Source: Camelus ferus (Eukaryota). Taken from it: a DNA stretch of 64,000 nt. Both the position numbers and the translations under genes were made by a program. How positions within the stretch are numbered: position 1 is the stretch's first letter; each line of letters begins with the position of its first letter. Below, one piece after another: positions 25,615-37,405 of this stretch. The stretch lies in the NCBI RefSeq assembly GCF_009834535.1, contig NC_045698.1, forward strand, positions 4,218,001 through 4,282,000, written 5' to 3'. The notes below the pieces were generated by a model, which was not told where the DNA came from, did no database searches, and saw only the letters and a list, made by a program, of their open reading frames with translations.

Positions 25615-25825
25615 TTAATCAGCAATATTAGGAATGAAAAAGCTGACGTCACTATACATCCCACAGCCACAAAAACAGAACAAGGGAAACAACAGACGGT
25701 CTTGGGCTCATTCATTCAACAACATAGAAGAAATGAACCAATTCCTTGAAACCACAGATTACTAAACCTCAGGCAAGATGAAATCATAAGCTAAAATGCT
25801 CTGTAACCATTGAACACATTTCAAC
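25615..25825 (+). mobile_element. Degraded L1 ORF2 fragment
   Basis: caatattaggaatgaaaag...caacatagaagaaatgaaccaattccttgaaa matches the L1 ORF2 region encoding NLEEMDKFLE. Confidence 0.65.
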
Positions 25826-26139
25826 TTCCACCGACTCCCAGGGCCTCCTCCTCCGCTGCAGTCACCTCGTGAGCAGGTGAAGGCACACCCACAGTTAATG
25901 GCCTTGAGCTGCGTATTTCACATTTTACCTGCTCTCACACCCCATTGATGAGAATTAGTCATGTGGCCCCACTTAGATGCAAGACTTGGAAATACAGTCA
26001 GACTGGATCTAGAAAGAGGAGAGCACAGATGCTGGTGAGTGAGCATACGGGAGGGCAGTCGAGCTGTGAGGAATCCCTCGTCCCCACGTCTGGGAGCTGT
26101 TCAACCCTGCTGCCACCACTGCCACCCTCATCCTCATTT

Positions 26140-26330
26140 GGTAACACTGACTGAGCATCATTATGTCCAGGTACCATTCTAAGCCTAAAGGACTAGTTCA
26201 TTTTAAACCTACAGACACATTTTTAATTTCAGTTTCCAAATGAAGAAACTTAGACCCAGACAGACTGAGACACCTGCTGGGTCACATGGCCAGAAAGCAG
26301 TGCGGCTGGAAGATGAAGCTAGCCAGCGTC
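26140..26330 (-). mobile_element. MIR SINE
   Basis: actgagcatcattatgtccaggtaccattctaagc...tttccaaatgaagaaacttagacccag. Confidence 0.65.
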
Positions 26331-26459
26331 CCTACAATGTTGTCCTACAGAGTGACCTTTGGCTCTTCCAAGGGTTGCCTCTGAAAGTCTCAAAAATACA
26401 CGTTTAACTCCATGTCCTCTTCACTGGCTAAAATCAGGAAATATCACCTGTGTTAACTT

Positions 26460-27965
26460 AAGGATACGGAAAAAGAAAAGCTGGAAAGTATAAATAAACA
26501 AGAAGATTACAAAAAACACATAGAAATATCACAGGAGAGAGCACAGAATCAAAAGCTGTGATATTAAAAGATTATAAAGATAGACAACTAGCAGAACTGA
26601 TCCAATGGAAAAGTAAAATGTGCAAAAACAACATAGGGAACAAAAAGGGTACATGATCACAGGTACAACAGGGATTTAAAATAATAACAACATAAGAATA
26701 GATCAATAATTATGCAGTAATAAACTTGAAAACCTAGTTACACATAAAAAGTTGAGAACTCATTTTAAATACATTCATGGAAATATACAAAATGCCAAAC
26801 TGGCAAGAGAATAACCTGCATAATTCATAAATAGTAAATAAATTGATGTCTTCTTTGTAAAAGCACAGCACAACAAAGCAAAATACATTTAATTTGCTTT
26901 GTAAGTGTGTTCTACCAAAATTTCAAGGAATAGTTAGTTCCTTCCTTAAATGAGTCATTTCAAAAAATGCAAAGCTTAAAATATGCAGTTCGCTTTATGA
27001 GGCTACTATAATATTTATTCCAAAGCTAAGGAGACCAATATAAGTAATAAAATGTATAGCCTTACTCACTTTTGAATGTAGATATGATGATCCCTAAATA
27101 ACATAGTGGCCGCCCAAATCCAACAATACATTAATGAACATGGAAATCATGAGCAGGGAGAACTGATGCTAAGAATGCAAGATGTTTCGCTATTTTAAAA
27201 CCCACGAATTTATAACATCAATAGACTAACAGAGAAAGAAATCACATGCATCTCCCAATTCATGCAAAAAATAATTTTAACTGGGTTTTGAAATTCATCA
27301 AATAAAAATATCTAATAAAAAGCAAGAATGGAAAGGCCCACAGCATTCCCGCTAAGATCAGGAGGGGAGCCCACTGTCACCGCTAGAGTTGAACATACTT
27401 GCTCGTAAGGAAGAAAAATAAACACAAGGCACGAGGATGAGAAAAGAAGAGACACAGCTGCCATTATTTCAAGGAGTCATGCTCATCACACAGAGAAGCC
27501 TGCGTCATTAACAGTCTACCAGAGTTAATAATGTTCAGGAAGGTTGCAAGACACAGGGTCAGTGTCTAAAAAATTATGTAATATGTCTCCAAAAATATAA
27601 CTAGAACCTAGATACCACTCATAAGCAACACATTTATAAAGTGCCTTAGGCGTCTACTAAGGCATTCAGAAAGATCTAGTCATAAAAACTGTGAGTTCAT
27701 GGCACAAAGGCAAAGAAGACCAACGAGAGACAGAGAACAGAGTTCAAACACAGACTCCTGTATGCGCAGGAACTTATGTGACAGTGATGGCCCCACCAGA
27801 CATGGAGAAAGGTTGCTCAGTAGGATTGTTGGGAAACCTGGCTCCAGATTCCTGTTCCACATCGTCATGAACTAAAGACCTAAACGTCATAGGTAAAACC
27901 AGCAAGTTAGCAGAAGAAAGGTGGGAGATCCTCTTTGATCTAGAGATGGGGAATGGTGCTCGAAC
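26460..27965 (+). mobile_element. Ancient L1 (L1M-type) ORF2 remnant including the reverse transcriptase region, non-coding
   Basis: A-rich strand. atcatgagcagggagaactgatgctaagaatgcaagatgtttc...catcaatagactaacagagaaagaaatcacatgcatctcccaattcatgcaaaaa matches the decayed L1 RT motif HDQVGFIPGMQGWFN...HINR..KNHMIISIDAEK. Many stops and indels. Confidence 0.8.
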
Positions 27966-28099
27966 AAACTTCCAACATCCTCTGTCTTTTCTTCTATGTT
28001 GTGGACAGTTCCCTTGATTCCACTCAGTCATCCTACTGGAATTTGTATTTAACCATCATATTTCAGAAGGCAATAGATCAGATGTAGACTGGGAAGCTA

Positions 28100-28310
28100 C
28101 CTACTGTGGACAGATTACATTCTCTGTGACTCAGTTTCCTCATCCTTGACAATGAGGAGAGAAACTGTATCCACAGCAGAAGGTTGTCATGGGGACTAAA
28201 TGAGGGTGGATGGAGAGATATTGAGAGAGAGACAGACACACAGTACGCTTGGAACAAAGTCTGGCACCTAGTGAGCTCTATGAAAATGTGAGCTGTTGTT
28301 ATTTATCATT
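28100..28310 (+). mobile_element. MIR SINE
   Basis: tctctgtgactcagtttcctcatcc...gtctggcacctagtgagctctatgaaaatgtgagctgttgttatt. Confidence 0.7.
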
Positions 28311-29389
28311 TGCCAATATTATTTTACACTCTAAAAGCTATTTACTTTTCTGGGTATTTCTATCACAAGGCTTTCATTTAATAGATACAGTGTTTCTAGT
28401 AAGATTTGAAGGGGCTAATGAATGCCACCCTTTTTTCCTCATCCACAACCTAAGCCATCTAGGGAAAAACATTAAGAAAAATAATTAATATGAAAATAGT
28501 GCCTTTATGATTACAAAGTTGACATTGAAGCTGACATTCAGGCAGCTTGCCAAGGGAACTCAACCACATTCACGTAGTTAGCATCACTAGCAGGGATGGA
28601 CCACACAAAGCTTCCCTGGCAAGGACAGAACCTGTGCCCTGAAATTGGCCCATGACTGAGAGAAGAGAGGACGTCGGTGCAGATCAGAAAGAAGGTGGTG
28701 GGCCACACCTGCTTCACAATGTCCCGAATTCATCAGCCTAAGGAGTTGGTTCTCTGTCCCTGGGTGGTTTAATGCAGCACAGGATTGCTTTTCACTAATT
28801 TTCACAATGTCCACTGCAAGTGCAGACAACGCTCCTCTGTACAGAGGTTCAGGGATCCCCTTGGAGGAAGGCTCTCCCATCCTACAATCGCCTCGCCTGG
28901 ACCATGCAGCCACCACAGTGGACTTAGCAGAAGAGCACACTGGCTCCGGTTTACCAAAACTTCCCTTCACTTTCATGAGTCCACGTCTGTTCAGCTTAGA
29001 TGCATGTTCTAGGGTTCAGACCAGTGACACAGCAAGTGCAGCTCATCCCCATGGAGAGAGATGAGAGCATCACAAGGGCACCATGGAAACGGCAGAGTCA
29101 AATTAAACACGAATCACAGGCTCACCGTGCACAGTGCACGCACAGACTCTCCCACCTCCACCAACCGTCTCACGGAGTTCGGCTGCGTTCTCACGGGACG
29201 TGAGCATCGTTTGGCTTCACAGCCCCGTGGACCTGGTTCAGCAGGCACGTCGTGGGCTAGGGTCCTGGCCCCAGGGATACAGCCAGCAGGCCGTCTGCAG
29301 CTCTGGGCTTTGGGACTGCTGGGTCCACACTGTGCCATCCATTGATTCACACCTCACTGCAGCCAACTGTTGGGAATTGATGTTTTGGT

Positions 29390-30620
29390 ATAAAGGCTTT
29401 TATGACTGCCATTAGTATTTTATTTCTTGCCATAAAATGATAATTTGAGCAATGCAGAGGATACACTGTTAACAATTTAACATTTACTTTTAATAAATAA
29501 GAAGTATTTTACAGGGAACTGTAGCCCATTATGGAAATCATAATTTGTTCTCGGTGCCAGGAAAATGTATTCTCAACTGCATTGCACCCTGTGCCCAGCT
29601 ACAAAACCCGAAACTTCCTTTGCATTATATATTCTCATTATGATAGATTAACAAATCTACTGTAAAAAGTCCTGTTGAACACAGCATGCACCATTTTAAA
29701 TGAAGACACCAAAATATGTCAGGCTTTCTTACAGGGATGGCAGAATTGAAATTGCCCCTCATTTATATGGGGCAACTGTAAATGCTGAAATACAGATTAC
29801 TCATGCATTTAAAGTGGTCCTGCCTGAGTACCTCCCCTGCTAATTTATGCACTCTGCAGTCCCTGGTGCAGCAAGCCTCTCCTCTTCTTCTGAACTCCTC
29901 AGAAAATACCAGAATTTAAATCTTGAAATTAAATCGCATTTAAGCAACACCACGAATTCCGCACCTGTTAAGATTTTTTCCCGTGCACTTCTGACTTGCA
30001 TTTATGATAAATCTGCACCAATCTGTCATCTGTTCTGGAATTCAGACCTAGTAAGACATCAGACTTCAGTGGTACAAAGGCAGCAGCCTCATCCATCTCA
30101 CAGTTAAAGCAGTAATAAAAAGACGTCACATGACGCAAGTACCAGTATTTCAACATATCTGAATTAGAGATAAGGATGAGTCAGCTGTTTATTTTGCTGG
30201 TTAAAAAAAAGAGCTTTTTTTCTTACATCCAAGTGGGAAGTGGTATTCGGATATGAGATGGTCATCAGTAGGGAAAACAAGTGAATTAAATGTTTAAGTG
30301 TATCCTGCCATCTGCAGAGAAATTCCCAGATCAAGTCACAAACACTATTAATAAAGGATCTAAAGCTGATGTGATTTTCTTCCCTTCCAGAGCACACTTG
30401 GAGAAACGAGAGGAAAAAACATCGAAAACGATGAGTTCTCTAAAGGAAAATAGTTATTTCATATTTCTTCACGGTTTAGAGATAATGGCGATAGAATGAG
30501 GGAAAACGGGGGAAGTTTAACTTATTTAATTCACAAGGCAATACGCACACAGCCATTCTGTACCTTGATATTACAGGGGAAATGCCATGTCGGCTGTTAA
30601 ATTCCCTTAAAATGTGGAAG
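29390..30620. promoter_or_regulatory. Candidate enhancer: unique, AT-rich and motif-dense
   Basis: No recognisable repeat. HOX/CDX-type motifs (ttttatga, ccataaaa, gtaataaaa) and the composite gacgtcacatgacgcaa at 30122-30138. Confidence 0.4.
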
Positions 30621-32324
30621 TGAGGACTAGGCGTTTTGTCCATTCTTGCTAACGTCTACGTGAGTTAAGTCAGCCCTTACACTACTTCCTACAAGGTTGA
30701 GGCTGAGAAATATTCCCCAGTGAAAGGCGAAGGGCAACAACAGAAAGAAAGAAGTAAGCCAAGGGTCTGGCCAAGGGGAGGGGCAGCTGGGGGAGACTGG
30801 GGTCAGACTCCTCACTTCTTGGCTTAAGGATGACCTTGAATTTGGCCCTCCTCCTGTCCGTGTATCCACCACCACCCTCCCGTCTTGTCCATGTTCACCA
30901 AAGCTGAGCTCTTCATCCACGTTTCAGTTAGGAAGGAGATCTGTTTCCCACACTAGCGAGAAATGGCTGAGGAGGCCTGGGAAAAGATCTCTTACCCTAC
31001 CTCCGAAAGTCTGTGTGACTGGCATGTGATGGGGAGCGACGCTGTTCTGTGTGGCTATAAACGCAGGACAGCCATTGACAAGAGGAAATACAGGGAAGGA
31101 TGGTCCAACGGACCATGAAGAAAGGGCTTCCTCGCACTCAGAGCTGCTGCAAATAAAGTGGGCTCCTGCGGGAGGGGTCGGGTTCTCTGGCTCCGGGCCG
31201 GTGACAGAGTTCCCGTACTTGGTGTGGTGTGAGTGCCGAGACCTAACATTCTAGGGGGGAGCTCTGTTTGTTGACAAGCACCGTGGGGGTTCTTAGGAAT
31301 CCCAAGATGTCCTGGGTCAGACGTTGTTTTATGAAGTTGTTTGTATCACAAAATGCAGCAGGAACACCCGCTGGCAGTGCGCGGTGTCTCAGGGTGAAGG
31401 AGAGAGAGCTTTGACTTCAACATCTGGCTGTGTCCCCAGCTGTATCATCACCGCACAGACATCTAATAGCTAAAGCAGGCCCCTTCTGGGAGACGGGCGG
31501 TGGAGTCGGGCCAGGTGGCTCAGAGAGCACAGGGTGGCTGGGCTGTAATTTCCGGTGCTGGGTCAGAATGGAATAGAAACTCCAGGGAGGCACGAAGATA
31601 ACTCCAGCCTTGGAGCTGGCCAGGCGAGATCTGGGGTTCTCGTGTTATCTGTTCTCACTACAGATGAGGCCTGCTGGAAAGCCACTCAGACTCTTTGAGC
31701 CTCCCTTCCTCACTTGCAAGCGGGAAGACGACACTTCCCCGTAGAGTTCCTATTAAACATCCCTGGCACACAGGAGGCACTCAGTAAATCACAGCCATTC
31801 TGATAAGGCGAACTGAGAACGCTGTGCACTGAATGTAATTGAAATCTTTGCAGAGAGAAGGCTTCCTAAGCATTTTCCAGGTGTCCCTTGGTTTAACATC
31901 AGCCTCAGGCCAGTCACAGGGGGAACCACCCACCACCCGCCGAGACAGAACTCCCCAGAGACGGTGTGGGAAACACCCTCCCCGCTCAGAGTCAGAAGGT
32001 TTCACAGTAATACTGTTTTCAAAATCCTGCTGACCAATAGAGCCCCGGAACACTGGAAACCTCTGTCCTGGCCCGGCCAGAGCGCTCAGCCAGCATTCTA
32101 ATTTTTCCAGCAGCCTCACAAGAAGATAAAATAAAGCCGGCTGCCCAGTTCAGTCCTCACCTGTGTCTACCTCCATCTTCATAATTAGTCAAAGCTTTGG
32201 TCAGCTCTACGCAAAGAGCCACAAATACACAGCTATGTGCCACTAAAGGGGATTATTCTCCAGTGACCCCGACGCATCCGCTGTAACCTTGCGACATTAC
32301 ATGCCTTTTCTCCTGTGTATTTTT

Positions 32325-33660
32325 TCATTAATAAACTTTACTTTTTAAGAGCAGTTCCAGGATCATAGCAACATTGTGTGACAACTACAGGGAGTTCCCA
32401 TACACCCCTGCCTCCACACATGCACAACCTCCCCCCCTAGCAACACCCCACGCCAGAGTGGTACTTGTCACAATGATGGCCCTACAATGACTCATCGTTA
32501 TCACCCAGCGTCCACGGTTCACTTTTGATGCTCTGCCTTCTATGGGTTCTGACAAATGTGTAATGACATGTATCCATTCTACTGTCACACAGAGCAGTTT
32601 CACAGCCCTTCATCACTCTCCACTCCTAACACCCAGAAACCACTGATCTTTTTTGCTGTCTCCAAAGTTTTGCCTTTTCCAGAATGCCAAATAGTTGGAA
32701 TCGTGTAGAATGTAGCCTTTTCAGGTGGGCTTCCTTCACTCAATAATACGCATTTAAGGTTCCTCTGTGTCTTTCTATGGCTGGATAGTTGATTGTTTTT
32801 CACACTGAATAATATTCTGTTGTCTGAATATATACCACAGTTTTATTTACCTATTCACCTACTGAAAAAAGTCTTGGTTGCTTCCAAATTCTGGCAATTA
32901 TGAATAAAACTGCTATAAACATTTGTTTGAAGGTTTTTGTAAGAACATGTAACCTTTCAGCTTCTTTGGGCGGATACCAAGGGTCTCCGCTGCCAGAACA
33001 TACGGTAAGAGCGTGTTTGGTAAGAAACTGCCCAGCCGTCCTTCAAAGTGGCTGTACCGCTTGGCATTCCCGTCAACAGTAAGTGAGAGTTCCTGCTGCC
33101 CCACATCTTCACCAGCACTTGATGGTGTCAGCACCCTGGATTTGGGCCATTTTAGTAGCTGGGTCGTGGAACCTCAGTGCTGTTTCAGTTTACATGTGCC
33201 TGTTGACATATGACGTGGGGCACCTTCTCACATACTTACTAGCCATCTGTGTTTCTTTTTTTGTGAGGTATCTATTTAGGCCTTTTGCCAATTTTTTTTA
33301 ATTGACATCAAGTTGATTTACAATGTTATGTTAGTTTCAAGTGTACAGCAAAGTGATTCATATATATATACATATTCTTTTTTAGATTCTTTTCCATTAT
33401 GGGTTATTACAAGACATTGACTAGAGTTCTCTGTGCTAGGCAATAGATCCTTGTTGTTTATCTATGTTATATATAGTAGAATGTATCTGTTAATCCTCAA
33501 AATGGGCAGATTTGCCCACTTTTAACCAGGTTCCTCATTTCTTCACTGTTGAATTACGAGCTCTTTGGATAGTCCTTTACCTGATACGTCTTTTGCAAAG
33601 ATTTTCTTCCAGGGTATGGCTTATCTTCCCCTTTTCATGAAAGTTTCTTTTGCAGAATTT
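32325..33660 (-). mobile_element. Old L1 (L1MB/MC-like) 3' region interrupted by a younger L1 stub
   Basis: L1 3' UTR and ORF2 end read antisense: gttttgccttttccagaatg, ccttcactcaataatacgcatttaaggttcctc, tgaataaaactgctataaacatt, ccacatcttcaccagcacttg. Confidence 0.9.
33292..33500 (-). mobile_element. Younger 5'-truncated L1 3' end nested in the older L1
   Basis: T-tail then aattgacatcaagttgatttacaatgttatgttagtttcaagtgtacagcaaagtgattca. Flanked by a tttgcc(c)a.tttt duplication. Confidence 0.85.
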
Positions 33661-34019
33661 TCTCAGCCCTCCCCTTCAAGCAATACTGACCCCCTGGAAA
33701 TTTTAAACTACGGCTTTGGTCTTCTACCACCTTCTGTGACATTCACCATTGAAGACACTCCTGCCCCTTACATCCAGAGAAACTCACGGAGATGCCACAA
33801 GACTGGCAATGTCCCTCTGTGACCTGCAGACCTTAATGTGTATCGAGAGGCTGCCTGCAGGTGCCCTGCTGAGGCCCAGCCCACATTCATCTGGGTCTGG
33901 GGGATCTAATGTGCCAATAGGAACAAGGCCGCCAGCTGTGAGACCACATCAGACGGAGCGAAGCAACGGTAGTGTGTCATCACCAGCACAGAACCTTGGT
34001 GATTATGCCTGTCCTCTAA

Positions 34020-35560
34020 ATGACAGCACTGATTAAATAGTAATTAATTTCTCAACAGGCTGAATTAAATAATCAAGTAAGCTGTAGGTAATGCAATTAC
34101 AACAGTTACTTAACACTTAATTAAATATTCTTACAAGTGCTAACATGGAAAACCTCCCTCTGTCTTGAAGCAGCCCCGTTGCCATGAAATGATTCTCGTT
34201 CGAGGATCTAAGGAGCCGATCAGCAGCCTAGGGTCCCCTTGTGGAACTATACAATTAGGTCCAAAGGAGCCCAGTTTCTCACCCGCTGCGCACCAGCAGT
34301 GAGACCGACCCAGCGCCTGACGGGCCTTCCCTGGGAATCCCAGACCCAGGTGACCTGAAGGGAAAGAAAGGTGCCGAAAACAGAGCAGAGTTGGTCTCTG
34401 TAGAAACCAGACCAGCAGGTGAATACACTGGACTCTGATGGGGACACATCCCAGACGAGCTGGTAAAAAAGAAGAAAGAAATGAAAGGTGAGTTTCAGAA
34501 AGAAGTGGTACCTTCAATAACCACCTTGCTGGCTTCCGGGGCCTTGGGCTTCTGCAGTCAGGTTCTGGGGACAAAGTGCTCAAGGCCAAGTTCAAGGTTT
34601 CACTTGAATTTGTTGTGGCTGGGGCCTGTCCTCCCCTTCTGCGCCTACCTGACGCAGAACAGACAGCTATCAGCCATGCCCGGGAAGATGTCTTCGTTAT
34701 AGACATGGCATCTACCCTCAGATTTGGTCATCCTAAAATCTCCTCACAGGAAGGTACAAGCGTGTTCATAAGACCAGAGGTCATACTGCTCAGAAGACTT
34801 AACTTACATGTTGACTGGATCTCAGGTTTTAGTCACATTCCCTTGTGACCCAGTATTATTAAACAGATGCATTGGGCAAGGCAGTATTACGGTTATAATA
34901 GCTGTGAATAAAGATAATCCTATATTCCTTCTACGTCCTGACAGATCTGACGTTAATGACGTCAAAACGCGCTTCCTGGGTAATTTCTTGAAGAGTTTGG
35001 GGCTCTTGCATCTGTGCTTTAGGCTTAAGATAAACAAGCTTCCCTTCCCACCCCCAGCGCAATGCTGACCGAGAATAAGGAAACTCATTGACAATGCAGT
35101 TTTTAACCTCGTGGTCTCACATGAATATTTACTATCCGGCTGGGAGCTGGCACCCGGAGGCTGCCTCTCTGCCTCCCTCCCTGCTGCCGTGAGCCATTGT
35201 TGGGAGACTGTTGCCATGGCAACAGAGGGCCCCAGAAGGCAAAGAAACTGACAGTCACCCACACAAAGCGTGGATCTGTGGGCTAATTAGAAGGTTCTGT
35301 GCTCAGGGTCACCTTGTAAACGAGAAACGTCAGTCAGAAACGCGCAGTCACAGAGAGCTCCGCGGAGAAGCCCCAGGAGCTCCCAGCCACGCCTCGGCGC
35401 CGGCTGTTCCCACAGTCCAGTCTGTTGCTCCCTGGTTGAGGGACTCACTGGGGCATCCTAACCCGTTGGCTGGGCCAGCTTCTTAAGTGATGGGAATCTA
35501 TTTTGCATAAAGCAGCAACCTGGAGTGACTGATGAAAAGCAGGCTGCTTTCCTCAGAGCC
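34020..35560. promoter_or_regulatory. Candidate promoter/enhancer with RFX X-boxes, CRE and a homeodomain cluster
   Basis: Perfect X-box GTTGCCATGGCAAC at 35210-35223 and X-box-like GTTGCCATGAAAT at 34178-34190. CRE TGACGTCA at 34957-34964 with TGACGTTA at 34948-34955. TAATTA cluster at 34030-34130. Confidence 0.55.
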
Positions 35561-36399
35561 TGACTTTGTTCGATCTGATGTTGTTTGTAATTGAAATTGC
35601 TTTGAAACGCTTACGGGCTGAAGGTGGTAGGTGGGGACAGTGCACAGCTTAAGGCCAGCTCCCCGGGTCTGGAATATGGCAGACTACCATCAGTCTAAAC
35701 AAGGCCGGCATGAGCTCTTTCCTTGGACCCTAATCAGTAGATGCCCCTTCAGTGGTTCCTGGGACAAGAGTCTGAGCGTCTCCAGGATCCCATGTAACTT
35801 CAGGAACACGGAGTCAGGGTCTTGTCCCCGAAACAGCCCCCAGCTGCCTGGTGACATTTCAGCCCCCCACTATCCAGCTCCAGCAGACCTCTGCAGCCAT
35901 ACCTCACACCGTGCCCCCTGTGGGCATTCACTTCCAAATAAATAGCTTCACCGTAAACACAGAGGGCTTGGATTCTTACTCTGACCCTTCAGAAATTAGT
36001 GGATAATGTAGGAACAGGAAATGGAGTTCCAGGGGAACCAAGGCAGCCACAGGGAGGGGCCAGAATTTTACACAAGAGCCCAGTGCCTTGAACGGGAATC
36101 CCACACCCAGGCTCGGAAGACTGAAACCTTCACTGTAATCCTACAGGGCCCCTGAAAGACTGAAGCCGTGAACTCCTGGCCCACGCACTTCTGCCGGTGT
36201 CCTGGTGTTGGAACCTCCCTTCAGGCCCCTGGGCAAAGCAACCCCAATGTCTCAAGTCATCGGGAGGGTATTTCGTGGGGCTTGAGATGCCCAGAGATGG
36301 CCTCATTCACTTCCTCCCCTTCTTCCCAAAAGCCAGGGCTCCTTCCTGAGGGACAGACCAGACTGCAGGCGGTGGGCCTGGGTGCAGACCTGTGAGTCC

Positions 36400-36597
36400 A
36401 TCCCGACTCACCCCTGGCCTCGGTGCGACCTGGAGCAAAGGTGGCTCGTGCTTCTGCTCCCCTTTTCCATCATCCTATGAAGGGGCAGCAGCAGCAGCAC
36501 TTCCTTCCTGAAGTTACTGTGATAACTAAATAGGATTATCTGCCTAAGTGCTTAGAAAGATGTCCGGAATATAATAAGCCCAGTAAACATCAGCGTG
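36400..36597 (+). mobile_element. MIR SINE with an MLT1C inserted at its 3' end
   Basis: gcgacctggagcaaag...ctgtgataactaaatagg...taagtgcttagaaagatgtccggaatataataagcccagtaaacat. Confidence 0.6.
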
Positions 36598-37068
36598 TGT
36601 CATGGGTTGAACTGTGTCTCCCAATGAGATATGCTGAGTTCCCACCTCCTAGTACCTCAGAATGTGGCCATATTTAGAAACAGGGTCTTTACAGAGTAAT
36701 CAAGCTCAGATAAAGTCATCAGGGTGGGGCCCAAACCAATGTGACTGGTGTCCATTTGAAAAGGGGAAATTTTCTCGCCAAGGCAAACATAGAGGCAAGA
36801 CGATACAAAGACACAGGGACAGCACCTGTGAAGATGGAGGAGTGAAGGGACGCATCTACAAGACAAGGAGGGCCAGAGGTTGAGGGGGGACCACCAGAAG
36901 CCAAGAAGAGGCAAGGAAGATTGAAACCCTACAGGTTTGAGAAGGTCATGGCCATGCTGACACCTTGATTTCAGACTTTTGGCCTCCAGAACTATGAGAT
37001 AATAATTTTCTGTTGTTTAGACACCCAGTTTATGGTACATTGTTATGGAAACATTAGGAACTAATACA
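36598..37068 (+). mobile_element. MLT1C-like MaLR solo LTR, 471 bp
   Basis: Runs tgtcatgggttgaactgtgtctccc...ccatgctgacaccttgatttcagacttttggcctccagaact...ggaactaataca. TSD gcgtg/gcatg differs by one CpG-type transition. Confidence 0.9.
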
Positions 37069-37089
37069 GCATGTTCATTAGAGTACATG

Positions 37090-37405
37090 TTAATAAGCTC
37101 TAACCCAAGAAACCGCCAAATGTAGTACCTTTAAAAAGAAGCTTCTCATTAACCAGTCAGACTGTATTCAGTCCTGCGCAGGTGGAATCACTTTGCTCCA
37201 CGAGCTCTCACAGGAACCCAGGTTCTTTCTGTCTTGTGGCCCCACCACCTGCATTCCAGCCAGTGGGAAGGGGCAGGAGAGTCTGGGACGTGTAATGTTG
37301 AGGCTTCAGAGCTCAGGACCTAACTTGGAGGTGCAGGCATCACTTCCATCCACTTCCCATCAGCACAGGCTGAGTCACATGGCCACACCTGGCTGCATGG
37401 GGCGG
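37090..37405. mobile_element. Old MLT1J/K-like MaLR LTR fragment
   Basis: ggaacccaggttctttctgtcttgtggcc...catcacttccatccacttcccat...agtcacatggccacacctggctgca. Confidence 0.55.

Noticed and set aside
26460..27965. Functional or domesticated reverse transcriptase
   Set aside because: The L1 ORF2 remnant is full of stops and indels, and the track shows no sense-strand ORF of 60 aa or more here.
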